Made by a program: the position numbers and the translations under genes
Shown here: in pieces, positions 24,538 to 36,966 of the stretch
Numbering within the stretch: the stretch's first letter is position 1
Layout of the letters: the number at the start of each line of letters is the position of its first letter
The notes under the pieces: generated by a model
The model's input: only the letters and a program-made list of their open reading frames with translations
The model's database searches: none
What the model was told of the DNA's origin: nothing
Source: Dipteris shenzhenensis
Taxonomy: Eukaryota
Length of the DNA stretch: 64,000 bases
Reading direction: 5' to 3' (one strand)
Assembly (NCBI GenBank): GCA_047967505.1
Contig: CM106538.1

Positions 24538-27500
24538 TGCAAAGGTCTTACCAGTTTGATGATACTTTCAAATCTGGCAGTGTCTAATTGCATACAGAAA
24601 ATCTGAGTTGACAGGTGCGTAGAGCTCGAAAAGACGATCACTTTTCCTTTTTGGAGCGTGTGCAAATTCTTACTGGATTGCAAGTTATGGCTTGTTGAAG
24701 CTTTTGTGAAGAAGAGGGGCCTTTGATGATGTGGCACAAGGATTCACATGCAGAATTCAAACTGTGCTTACAAAGGGACTATGCTTGGGTAGCAGTATGC
24801 CATGTGGCAATATTCTAACCAGACTGAGTTAACTCAAGTCTAAGAAAACTTAACCATGGCTAAATCTTATCCTACCACGTGGTAAACAGGTAACTACTCC
24901 CAAACCCAGGGTTGAGTAACTTAACCTGGGTAAATTTTTATCTTGCCACGTGTCAAAATTGTAGGAACTTAGAATCAGAAGGAAATGGAGCTTCTTGCAC
25001 AACGACGATGCGATGAGGAGAATGGTGAAGATCTTGGTCGTGGTCGCGTTGTTCGTTGACGGGCGGCTATCATGGCATAGTTTCTAGTCTTGCTTCCTAC
25101 GAGCCACTTGAAAAGAGGAGCCAGCTTGTTGGTGAGGAGGTCGTTGCTCTTGCGTGAGCAACCTGGTGAGTCGGAAGCATGCTGGAGAGGGTCACAGAAG
25201 GGAGCTCGTTGATAGCGAGGGCAATGAGCCGCTGTGCGTAGCTGCAACCAAGAGACTAGGTAGAGGGACTTGGGGCCGGTGATGCTTAGCTGAGCGGCAA
25301 GTTGGAGCTAGCGTATGGAGTTCGCTTGGTTGCGCCTCAGATGTGAATCTCTCAATGCGTATGGATGGTCGAAGGAGGCTGGTCGTGGGCTATAGCAACG
25401 CCCTTGAGCTGCTGTTTGCTGAGTCGCGGTGCATCATTTGCATTGCCTTGCTGTAGATAGGCTCATTTGGAGCTTAGGCATTGTACAAAGCCTTTTGTCG
25501 TAGGAAGTCGTTGCTATGCTGTTGATGAAGCTTGCTTGTGAGCCGAGACTTCGTTGCAGAGTTGTTGCTTGTTGCACATTGGAGAGTCGGTTGTTGGAAT
25601 AGTAGAGACCTATGTCTCTCACTCTATTTCTCATGGAGTAAACTCTCTCTCAGCTAAGAATACTCAGAAAACACTCTCAACTTCTCTTGGAACACCTCTC
25701 TATCTCTCTCTCTCAGAGCAAAGAGTGGACTCACAAGAGCTCTCTCTTTTTCACAATGAAACTCTCACAAAAGGATTGAACGGAAATCTTCAACTCTCAT
25801 GGATGGAATTCTTTCAACGGGAGAATGAAAGAATGAACACTAACAGAGAACACTCAACCTCAATCTAAAACTAATCTAGGAGAACTAGACCTAAGCTCTG
25901 ATACCATGACAAAACATGTGTGCCTCAGGATCTATGGAGCGCTCTAAGGTGGATGGAACCTATCTAGAAACATGATGAAGAGAGTGCTCATGACATGTAT
26001 CTCAAGTCAATTAGGTTCCAAGATAGATTAGCTTGGACTCATAAAGAGAATCTTGAGATAGTGCAAAGTGCTTGATTGAATTACTTCAAATGAACCTCCC
26101 TTTTATAGGTGAGGGTACTTACATCCATTTGCTTGCTCACATGTGGGATATCTCCTCCATGCCATGTGGCAGCTTACCCTTTGCTCATACCTTTGCTCTA
26201 CAAGTGCTCATGGCACCACAACTCTCAACAGTGGTATGTTGACTCAGGTGCGTCAAACCACATGACAGGTCATGCAGAGTGGATGCAGGATGCAAGGAAA
26301 ATGGAAAAACTAGGATTTGTGGAGACTGGTGATGATACTGCACATCCTATTATGCAGATTGGTAAAATTCCTTTGTTTATGTAGGATGGGAAAAAAAAAA
26401 CCTATCTGATGTATTTCATGTCCCGAACATCACGAAGAACTTGGTTTCTATTGGTTAAATGGTTGAGTAGGGCTTGCAGGTCAGATTTAATCCTCATGGA
26501 TGCTTTGTTGAGGATATGAAAAATAACGGTCGCTTGATAGCAAAAGGAAAGAAGAAGGGCACGATGTTTACATTGGATGCGGACATGCCTGAATTGAGTG
26601 CAGCAATGTTTGCACATGGGACCGGTGTAGTTGCAGATATTGATATCAGGCATAAACGCATTGGTCATGTTAATATACAGTGACTTAAATCAATGCAAGC
26701 CCAAAATATTGTTGTAGGATTGCTGAAATTTAAGGTTGCAGAAATGCATAAGGTTTGTGAAGCCTGTCAATGTGGAAAACAGGTAAGGAAACCATTTCCT
26801 AGGCATGTTCAAGAGAGTAAAAGGCCATTGGAATTAATCCACTCTGATGTGTGGACTACTAAAGCTGCATCTATTGGAGGCTGTCACTATTTTGTCACTT
26901 TTATTGATGACTTCAGCAGAAAAGTTTGGGTGTATTTTATGAAAAAGAAAAGTGAAGTGTTTGGGCACTTCAAAGCTTTTAAAGCTATGGTTGAAAAAGA
27001 AACAAGCCTGCAAATAAAATGCCTAAGGTCAGATGGAGGAGGAGAGTACCTCTCAAATGAGTTTGCAAGGTTCCTGTAGGAGCATGGCATAAAGCAGCAA
27101 TATTCATGCAGTCATACCCCACAGCAAAATGGACTTGTAGAAAGGAAAAACAGGCATATTGGAGAGGTATCTCAGGCCATGCTAAATGAAAAGATCTACC
27201 AGATTATTATTGGGCTGAAGCAGTTGCTACAGTAGTTTACATAATGTACAGGACTCCCATTGTAGCAATACATGGCATGACGCCAGAGGAGATGTATACT
27301 GGTAGGAAACAAGACATTTCTCATTTGAAAAATTTTGGTTGCATCGCCTATGTTCATGTGCCAGATGAGTTGAGGTCCAAGTTGGATCCAAAAGCTGAGA
27401 ACTGCATCTTTATTGGTTATTCTTTGCAGCAGAAAGGGTATAGATGCTATAACCCTTCTACTCGTAAGTTTACAGTGAGCAGAGATGTTGTTTTTGATGA

Positions 27501-29693
27501 GATGAGCAGCTGGTATAAACTAGTAAATGTGATGATTGATGTAGATGCACAAAATAGTAATGCTACACAGAATTCACAGCAGAAATCACAAAATATCAGT
27601 GGACCTACAATGTCCTCTAGCAGTGGTTCACATACTTTGCCATGGACAGGTAGATTGAGATTAGGAGAATCTCCTCAGAGCAATGCAGATAGTGGTACAT
27701 AGGTATCACGAAAAGAAAAAGAGAAGGTAGATCAACCCATGTTTGATGTGAATGCAGGTCACTCTTATGTGGATGGTGAATCTAGTGGCTCAGAACAGAG
27801 CATTGATGATGAGTTGGGTATTCCTTCTGTTGTTACACCTGGAGTAAGGAAGACCAGGGATGTTTTGAGAACACCTGGAAGTGAGCCTATTTTGCACAAG
27901 TCTACCAGAGCTAGGTATCTTGTGGGTAGGCTGAAATATGATGGATTTACAGCCATTCACTATGCCTATACTGTGAATAGATACAAGGAAAGATTAGTTG
28001 TTAAGGGGTATGCACAGACATATGGCATTGATTATGAAGAAACATTCAGTCCAGTTGCAAGGATGGCAACTGTAAGAGCAATCATTGCTATGGCTGCATC
28101 AAAGGGATAGTCTTTACATCAGATGGATGTAAAGAATGCCTTCTTGCATGGTGATTTGCAAGAAGAGGTCTTTATGGAGCAGCCAGTAGGTTATGTTCAT
28201 GCTATTCATCCTGAGTTTGTTTGTAGGTTGAAGAAAGCCTTGTATGGCTTGAAGCAAGCACCTAGAGCATGGTCTGACAAGATAGGACAATATCTTGTTA
28301 CTATTGGCTTTCAGATTTCCAAGGCAGATTTCTCACTCTATGTGAGAAAAACAGAGAAAGGGATTATGCTGCTTGTTATTTATGTTGATGATTTGATCAT
28401 CACAGGTGATAGTGATGAAGATATCCTTCATGTGAAAATGCTATTGAAGCAGAAGTTTGAGATGAAGGATTTGGGAGAGTTGTGTTATTTCTTGGGCATT
28501 GAGGTGATTAGATCACCAAGTGGGATACAGCTCTTACAGAGGCAGTATGGATTGGACATGCTGTCCAAATATGGGATGACAGGCTGTAAGCCTATTTCAG
28601 TCCCTTTGGAGCAGAATGTGCAGCTGAGCACAGATGCAGGTGAGCTTCTGGAAGACCCTACTATGTATAGACGCATAGTAGGAAGTTTGATTTATATGAC
28701 TATTACCAGGCCAGATTTAAGCTATGTTGTTGGATTGGTAAGTCACTTTATGCAAGCTCCAAGGAAACCACATTTGGATGCGGCTAGACACATACTCAGG
28801 TATGTGAAGTCCACATTGCAGTATGGACTATTTTATGAGGCTGGGGTTCAGATACAGTTGCATGGATACATTGATGCTGATTGGGTTGGTAGTACTTCTG
28901 ATAGACGATCTACCAGTGGATATATGTTCTCTTTTGGGAGTGCTGCAGTCACTTGGAGCAGCAAGAAACAGTTACAGTTGCCTTGTCGAGCACAGAGGTT
29001 GAGTACAGGGGTGCAGAAATGGCTGCATGTGAGGTAGCTTGGTTGCATAAGCTACTTTATGATATGCATCAGTCTACAGATGGGCCAGTTGTCATTTATT
29101 GTGACAACATGAGCAGTATACACTTGGCAAATAACCCAGTCTATCATGCTAGGAAAAAGCACATTGAGGTGCATTATCACTATGTGCGGGAGAAGGTTTT
29201 ACTAGGTCTTATTGATCTAGTTTATGTCAGCACAAAGGATCAGGTCACTAACATATTCACGAAGGCATTGGGCGCAGAGAAGCTGTGCAAGTTCAAAGAC
29301 CTGCTTGGTGTGCAAGAATTAGGATTGAGCTCGAGGGGGAGTGTTGAGATATCAAGCTCCACTCGTGATATGCTAGGGTGACCGTTGTGCATTTATGTCA
29401 CCGACTTGTTAGCTACAGATGCAGTTGGTACACCGCCCACGAATAATAGCTAGATGATAGCTGTCCTTATCTACTCTAGTTCGTGGCTCAGTTAGTATGC
29501 CACCTTAGTTAGTTGTGTTTGGTTTGAGACCCACATATAGGGTTCTTCTATTTCTTTGTACTAGAGTTCTTTTGGCTTTCACGACTAAGAAGAGGAAAAC
29601 TGTTTTCAGCCTCCACCTGTGTGTGTATTCCCCCATTGTGTATGTGAGAAAGCCACAAGTGAGACTCCTTCCCTCTCTCCCACTATCTTCACA

Positions 29694-31058
29694 ACGTCAT
29701 GCAAGTACAAGCGAAGCTTTGCCGGTACTCTACACACACATTCTGTGCTACCTACGTCCATGTTGGCATAGAGACAACATACTCATGGATCCATTTTATT
29801 ACCTATTCTTGGGTTATGGATTATTTTGATTTCGGAGTAAGGATGTCATGCACCTAACCTAGTGGCTATTGAACTTGTGGCATGCTAGTCACTCCTGCTA
29901 TAAACTTATACAATTTCTAGTATGTATCTAGGAAGCTTATATCCACTTGAGGAGAGGTGGATGGCTGTAATTTTGGAGGGGATCTCATTGGTTAAGGTTG
30001 CGGACTCTGAGGCGGGGGTCTTGTTGTTGTTGAGGCTGGAATTTCTTGCTATCTTGCATTCATGTTGAATGGGATTACACTTGGATCATTGAACTTGTAG
30101 AGTTTGTATGAGAGTGTGTCATTTATGCATGAAGAGACAGCTGTGATGTTTGGCGAGGGATGTTGTTGTTGAGGCTACAGACTCTTTTGTCAAATCATCT
30201 TCAGATTTGGCATAGCTTCTTCTCTTGCTTGTGAATTGATTGCATGCTCTGAGAGTATGGAATGAAAGTGTGTGATACTATTATTGATGCAATCTATGAT
30301 GTGCCTATGCAAAATCGTGTGAGCGCATGTGATCTGTTGACTAGGTAGGGACTAACTATATGCTTATTTGTGGTATTTCATAGGGCAACTAAGAATCAAT
30401 CATCCCTGGTGATGATAATGCATAATATTTTGGTTCTACTACTTTGGTAAGGATAATGCATAATATTTTGGTTCTACTACTTTGGTGGGAAAATGCCCAA
30501 TCAAGGCGCTTTGGTTCTACTGTGTGGAATTTGGCAAGTCATCTTCTACTTTAGGGGCTTCTTCTCCTGTCTTGACACGAGACATGTGATTGGCAAGGTA
30601 GTGTTGTGGGCCTATTTTGAAATTGAATTCCTGAAGCAAGAGGAGCCATCTGGTGATTCTTCTTGTTGTACACAGATGGTTCACAAGATAAAGCAATGCT
30701 TGATGGTCAGTGTAGAAGACAAAATCATTTGCCAATAATTAGTGTAGAAATTTCTTAACACTATACACCATTGCTAGGGCTGGCGCATGTTAAAATTATC
30801 ATTTTTCATTGGTGGGAGACCCCATTCATTATAGAGCTCCCTCTATAGGACATTCACACACTATGGCTTGGACTTCATCATATGCTTTAGGCACGGTGAT
30901 GTTGTGTATATCATCTCTCTCACCAATCTGCATGGGGATATTGTGGGGGTTTTATAAAGGCCACTGTCCACCATCCACTATGGCTTGGACTTCATCATAT
31001 GCTTTAGGCACGGTGATGTTGTGTATATCATCTCTCTCACCCATCTGCATGGGGATAT
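29694..31058 (-). pseudogene. G2 gypsy pieces: upstream segment (29694-~30360), RNase H fragment (~30490-30780), protease fragment (~30800-31058)
   Basis: VFYTDHQALLYLVN...RITRWLLLLQEFNF (RNase H) and AIVDGG (protease catalytic-type motif). 29694-30200 is homologous to ~44725-45250. Confidence 0.8.
30414..30486. repeat. 38-bp-period direct repeat
   Basis: GATAATGCATAATATTTTGGTTCTACTACTTTGGT at 30414 and 30452. Confidence 0.85.
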
Positions 31059-31080
31059 TGTGGGGGTTAAAGGCCACTGT
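30859..31080. repeat. ~117-bp tandem duplication spanning the host / copia C 5' LTR junction
   Basis: CACTATGGCTTGGACTTC...GGGGATATTGTGGGGGTT...AAAGGCCACTGT begins at both 30859 and 30976. Confidence 0.88.
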
Positions 31081-34000
31081 GCCTTTACCCCGGTTATGTA
31101 CAATACTCAAACACATATATAAATGAATGAAAAAGAAGATTAGGGTGTTCTGCACCCACCAAAAACTTGTGTGGCTCTCTGTTTCTCTCTCTCCCTCTTC
31201 CGTTCTTGCTTCCGTTGAGAGCACTCTCAACTGGTATCAGAGCTCGGGTGATCTAGCTAAGCGTACGTTAATGCTCAGAAGCTCAGCAACTCTATGGGAG
31301 GAAGGAGAACCTCTGTGGGAAGCTTTGTGGGTGACTTTACTTGCATCCGAGTATGCAGAGACCTTGGAGGAACCTTTGGAAAAGTCACTTTGGCTTTGCG
31401 AAGTGGTTTTGAGAGCCTGTTAAGTGTTTTCAAAGAAAAAGTCGTTTTTTAAGCTTTTCCCTATTCCGTTCGATGACAGAGACTCCGTATTGACTTGTAG
31501 AGGCAACTATTGCTTGCTTTTGGTGTCCACTTTACTTCAGGAGCTTGGAAACACCTTCATTCTTGAATCTGGGATCATTTCATTGGATTTCTGACTCACT
31601 ATGTCAGTTCCTACGTTTTTCTGCCTGGGTGTTGGAACTCATGTTTGGAGCAATCATTTGCAGATCTATCAGTTCCGAGGACTCAGGAGGTCCTAAAACT
31701 TCTATGTTGCTCATCATTCGCACTCCGGTGGAGTTTACAAATCGCTCTGTTTCCAAAAACGTTTTTCAGCCCGTGTGTTGGACCCAGTGATTTAGACCAC
31801 GGTTTCCAAAACCGTCTATCCCATTGTGTTCCGGACGCCCAAAAACCCCTACCTATCAGTTCTTGCGCAATTCGGTGGAGTATTTTTAGAGTTATAGATC
31901 TCTATGTATTCGATTTCGTCTCTCTGTTATGCATTTTTCATTCTAAGGTTTTGAAACCTTAGATTTATGCCACATGGCAGTGGATAAGTGTTGACTCCCA
32001 TTTCTCACTCATCGGTTGGGATTTTGGAGTTCGAGCAGAAGAGAGATATTTGCAGATTTTCTTGCTGATTCCGATTATGCAATGGTGCCCATGTTTTGAG
32101 GCATCTCAGGTTCTATTTTTAGTAGCGGTCATTACCGTGGGACTATGATTTCTTGAGCATACCTTATGCAGATCACTCTGGTTGCAGTTTGAGTAGTGTG
32201 CGCTCATTCGTGGTGTGCATTGGGTTGTAGTGGATGATTTATAGGCCATTTGGATGCATTGCAGTCCTTATTGGATGTGCTGATAGGCCCAAATTGCCTT
32301 GTGGGATGCTATTTTTATGGGACGCTTTGCACATGGATGCTATTTTATGTTGAGGGATAGCTTTGACACATTGCAGGTGATGCACTAATAGTGCTATGCT
32401 CTCTTGGATGAGATATTATTAATGCATATGCCAGTGGACGGTGTTTATGCTTGAGTCACTTATTGGCATTTTGGATTGCCATTGCAGTTGACATTTTCTT
32501 TTGGGCCAGATTTGCTCATATGGATGCATAGTATATGCACATGAGTTAGATGCTTTGAGACATGAGTTTTGGTGATATTTCACTCTATTGTGGCATACAC
32601 ATTTGGGTGCACCTGGTATTTAGTGTGATTCTCTCTTATAGGCACTAGCATTTGGGATTTTTGCTTCATTTGCATCATGGCATCCTCTTCCATGTCTGAA
32701 AAGGAGTTTTTTAGCATTAAAAAGTTTGATGGGACAAACTTTTCTTTGTGGAAAGAACAAATAAGGGATGTGCTTATTCAAAAGAAGCGGATTAAACCCT
32801 TGGCAGGTATTGAAGCTAAGCCTGCAAATATGTCTGAGGATGATTGGAATGAGTTGGATGCATTAGCAAAGTCTACTATTAGACTTCATCTTGCAAAGTC
32901 ATTTTATTTCACAATAGTAAATGGGTAGACTACGGAAGATTTGTGGAAGAAATTGTGTGCCACTTATGAGAAGGAAACTGCCTCTAATAAAGTTTACCTC
33001 ATGAAGAGGTTGTTTGAGCTACAGATGAAGGAAGGGGTCTCCATTGCTTCTCACTTGAATGAATTCAATATTATTTTCAGCCAGCTTTAGGCTCAGAAGA
33101 TGAATTTTGATGCGGAGACTAAGGCAATATTTCTCTTATGTTCATTGCCATCCTCATGGGATACCTTCCGTACAGCTGCCAGTAACTCTGCACTTGGTGG
33201 AGTACTGAAATTTGATGATGTTGTGGGTAGCTTGTTGGCCGAGGAGATTAGACAGAAGTGTATGGACGGCAACAAGCAAGATGCAGCCTTAAATGTGCAA
33301 AGGGGCAGATCACAGTTCAGGGGGAAGTCCCAAGAAAGAGGGAAGTCTTGTAGCAAATCCAGGGCACGGAACATTGAGTGTTACCACTGTGGCAAGAAGG
33401 GCCATATGAAAAAGGATTGCTACAAGTTGAAAAGAGAGCAAAAGGATAAGAAAAAGAATGCAAATTGGTGTGTAAATCAAAAGAAAGAGAGTCCAAGGGA
33501 GGACAAAGGAAAAGTGAAGATCGAGGAGATCAATGCAGTTACACATGATAGTGACAATGACGTTCTCTTCATGTCTAGTTTATCTGCAGAGTTGCTTACC
33601 ACTTCAAATGATGCATATTCCCAAAATTGGATTTTGGATTCTGGTGCTTCATTCCATGTTACTCCCCATAGGGAATGGTTCTCCACTTATGACAGTGGAA
33701 AGACAGGTTGTGTGCGTCTTGGAAATGACTATGCATGTGACATAGTCGGAGCAGGTGACATAAAGCTTTCTTTTGCAAATGGGTCTGAATTTATTTTGAA
33801 ACATGTGAGACATGTGCCTAAGTTGACCAAGAGTCTTATTTCAGTGGGTCAGCTAGATGATGCTGGTTTTCACACCACTTTTGGCTTTCAGAGTTGGAAA
33901 ATTCAAAAGGGCTCTATGCTTTTGGCCAGGGGTGCCAAGTGTGGGACTGTGTATCCCTTACATGTATCATGGGTATTTGATCATGTTGTTGCAATAACCG

Positions 34001-36961
34001 AGCAGCCAAGCACTTCTTTGTGGCATTGCAGGTTGGGGCACATGAGCCAGAATGGAATGAAACTCTTATGCTATTTGGGTTATGTACCGCATTTGAGTTT
34101 CTCTGATTTTGAATTTTGTGAGCACTATCTCTATGGGAAGCAGACTAAATCAGCCCATAAAAGAAGGGGAAAGAAAGAGTTTGAAAAGCTTGATTTGGTG
34201 CATTCAGACGTATGTGGTCCCATGCCTACACGGTCATTAGGTAGGGCTGAATACTATGTGACATTCATTGATGATGCAACTAGGAAAGTGTGGGCTTATG
34301 CTATAGCTCGGAAGAGTGACGTGTTCTAGGTATTTCAGAAATGGCTGGCCTTGGTTGAGAATCAGTCAGGTAGAACACTTTAATGCCTACGGACTGACAA
34401 TGGTGGAGAGTATCTCTCTCATGACTTTCAGCATTTCTGTGATATATGTGGGATTAAGAGGGAGCTCACATCCCCTCGTACTCCAAAGCAAAATCCAGTT
34501 GCAGAAAAGGTGAACCGTACCATTCAAGAAAGTTTGCAATGCATGCTTTCCAATGTAAGTCTTTCTGGTGGTTTTTGGGCTGAGGCAATGAAGACTGCAG
34601 TGCATGTGATCAATAGATCACCTAGTAAGAGTTTGGATGGTGGTATTCCTGAGAGGCATGGAGTGGCAAGAAGCCCTCTTACTCTCATTTGCATATATTT
34701 GGGTGTGAGGCATATGCACATGTGCCAAAAGAGCTTCGAAAGAAGCAGAATTCTAAGTCTAGGAAATGCATCTTTCTGGGTTATGGTGAAAGTGGAGAGA
34801 TGGGCTATCGTCTCTGGGATCCAGAAGCAAAGAAGATCATACGCAACCATGATGTAGTCTTCAATGAGAAGAAGATGCATAAGGCACCTATGAGGGATGT
34901 AAAAATGAGGAGAATCACTTTCCAGGATGTGAATCAACTTGCATATGTTGATAGACAACAAGCTGTCCATGCACCAAATGTGCAAGAAATGGTACCACCA
35001 AATACTCCCACAGGTATACAATCAAGGGTAGATGATGGATCATCTATTGGTGGAAATGATGAGCCAAATGTGGCTGATATGCAGGTGGGATAGCAAGCTA
35101 AAATGCCCTTGAGAAGATCATCTAGAGTGTCTAGACTGCCTGATAGGTTTGTTCTAGGGGTAGACTATGTGATGCTTACTGATTGCGGGGAGCCTTCTTG
35201 CTATAGAGAGGCTATGATGCACGAGGATCAATGCAAGTGGGAGTATGCTATGCAATCAGAGATGAGTTCACTTGTGAAGAATAAGACTTGGGACTTAGTT
35301 TCTTTACCACATGGAAAGAAAGCATTGCCATGTAAATGGGTCTACAAAATGAAGGTCACAGGTGATGATGTGCCTAGGTACAAGGCCCATTTGGCCGCTA
35401 AAGGGTTCAAGCAAAAGAAGGGTGTGGAATTTGATGAGATATTCTCTCCGGTTGTGAAGATGACCACACTTAGATGCATGCTTGGACTAGTGGCAGCAGA
35501 GGATATGGAGCTTATGCAGATGGATGTCAAGACAACTTTCTTGCATGGGGATTTGCATGAGGAAATTTACATGGTGCAGCCGGAAGGCTTTGAAGAAAAG
35601 GGCAAAGAACATTTAGTTTGCAAGCTCAAGAAAAGTCTCTATGGTCTTAAGCAAGCGCCTAGAGAATGGTATCAGAAGTTTGATGCTTTCATTCGGTCCC
35701 AGGGTTTTAGGAGTGAAATTGATCACTGCCTCTACACTAAAAGGGCTAAGGATAATAGCCTGATAATCTTGGCACTATATGTGGATAATATGCTATTGGC
35801 TAGCAAGAATACTTATGAGCTAGATGCATTAAAGGCCAAGTTGCATGAGGCCTTTGATATGAAGGATTTGGGACTTGCAGGTCATATTCTTGGTATGCGC
35901 ATCACGCGTGATTGGAGTAGGAAACTCCTTTGGCTTTCACAAAAAGAGTATGTTACAAAAGTATTGCAGCGTTTCAATATGGAGGGGGGGAAGGCAGTGA
36001 GTACTCCATTGCCTCCATATTTGAAACTGAGTCATATAGATAGTCCCAAATCAGATGAGGAAAGGGCCATGATGGCCAAGGTTCCTTATGCATCAGCAGT
36101 TGGGAGTCTTATGTATGCTATGATAGCTACTAGACGAGACATTGCATTTGCAGTGGAAGTTGTTAGCCGGTATATGGCTAATCTAGGAAAGAGGCATTGG
36201 GAGGTAGTTAAGTGCATCATGAGGTACATGAAGGGTACCAAGGAGATGTGCATCTGCTTTGGTAGAGGAGACATGCGTGTACTTGGGTACACAAATTCAG
36301 ACTATGCAAGGAATGTGGATAGTAGGAGATCCACTTCTGGTTATGTGTTCACCTTTGCAGGTGGTGTAGTGTCGTGGATGTCTCGCACACAGAAGTGCGT
36401 TGCTTTGTCTACCATAGAGGCTGAGTATGTTGCAGCCACAGAGGGTTGCAAGGAGGCTATATGGCTTGATCGGCTAGCAGGAGATTTGGGGATTCATACA
36501 GGTGTACCGACATTGCATAGTGATTCCATGAGTGCTATTCAGCTAGCACAGAATCCGGTCTTTCATGCAAAGACCAAACACATTGAGGTCAAGTACCATT
36601 TCATCAAGGAGGTACTTGAGGACAAGCGCATAGAGCTTGTCAAGGTTCACATACAGATGATAACCCTGCAGATATGCTAACGAAGAGTCTACCTAGTCAA
36701 TGGTTTGAGTATTGTTGTGTATTGATGGGCATTGGATAGTATGCTCACTGGTTGTTCTCCCTTAAAGGCACATTGTCCTTTAAGTGGGATGTTGTGGGGG
36801 TTAAAGGTCACTATGCCTTTACCCCGGTTATGTACAATACTCAAACACATATAAATGAATGAAAAAGAAGATTAGGGTGTTTTGCACCCACCAAAAACTT
36901 GTGTGGCTCTCTGTTTCTCTCTCTCCCTATTCCGTTCTTACTTCCGTTGAGAGCACTCTTA
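31059..36961 (+). mobile_element. Ty1/copia element C (Tnt1/Tork-like), full-length, inactivated, short LTRs
   Basis: LTRs at 31059-31229 and 36793-36961 (~170 bp). PBS TGGTATCAGAGC at 31232-31243. PPT AAGTGGGATGT. TSD GATAT (31054-31058, 36962-36966). Confidence 0.93.
32677..36738 (+). pseudogene. Copia C gag-pol pseudogene
   Basis: KKFDGTNFSLWK, CYHCGKKGHMKKDC, WILDSGASFH, LWHCRLGHMS, LVHSDVCGP, YVDNMLL, KVPYASAVGSLMYAM, KHIEVKYHF. A few stops and frameshifts. Confidence 0.95.
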
Positions 36962-36966
36962 GATAT

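Larger units (their letters stand above)
23191..26230 (-). mobile_element. Young Gag-only non-autonomous LTR retroelement (TR-GAG type), 3040 bp
   Basis: 324-bp LTRs at 23191-23514 and 25907-26230 with 2 mismatches seen. Minus-strand PBS TGGTATCAGAGC at 25895-25906. PPT AGGGGAGG at 23515-23522. Perfect TSD GTGGT (23186-23190, 26231-26235). No pol sequence. Confidence 0.96.
22186..29381 (+). pseudogene. Copia A1 gag-pol polyprotein pseudogene (split by 23191-26230)
   Basis: EKLDKNNFQAWKFRM, CYYCGKMGHMAKDC, WYVDSGASNHM, LELIHSDVW, LRSDGGGEY, MDVKNAFLHG, YVDDLII, KHIEVHYHY. Several stops, frameshifts and a 195-bp deletion at ~27970. Confidence 0.95.
21312..29693 (+). mobile_element. Ty1/copia element A1, full-length but inactivated, with a nested Gag-only element
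   Basis: 352-bp LTRs at 21312-21663 and 29342-29693 (about 16 mismatches). PBS TGGTATCAAAGCC at 21664. PPT GAGGGGGAG. TSD ATGTC/ACGTC. Confidence 0.95.
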
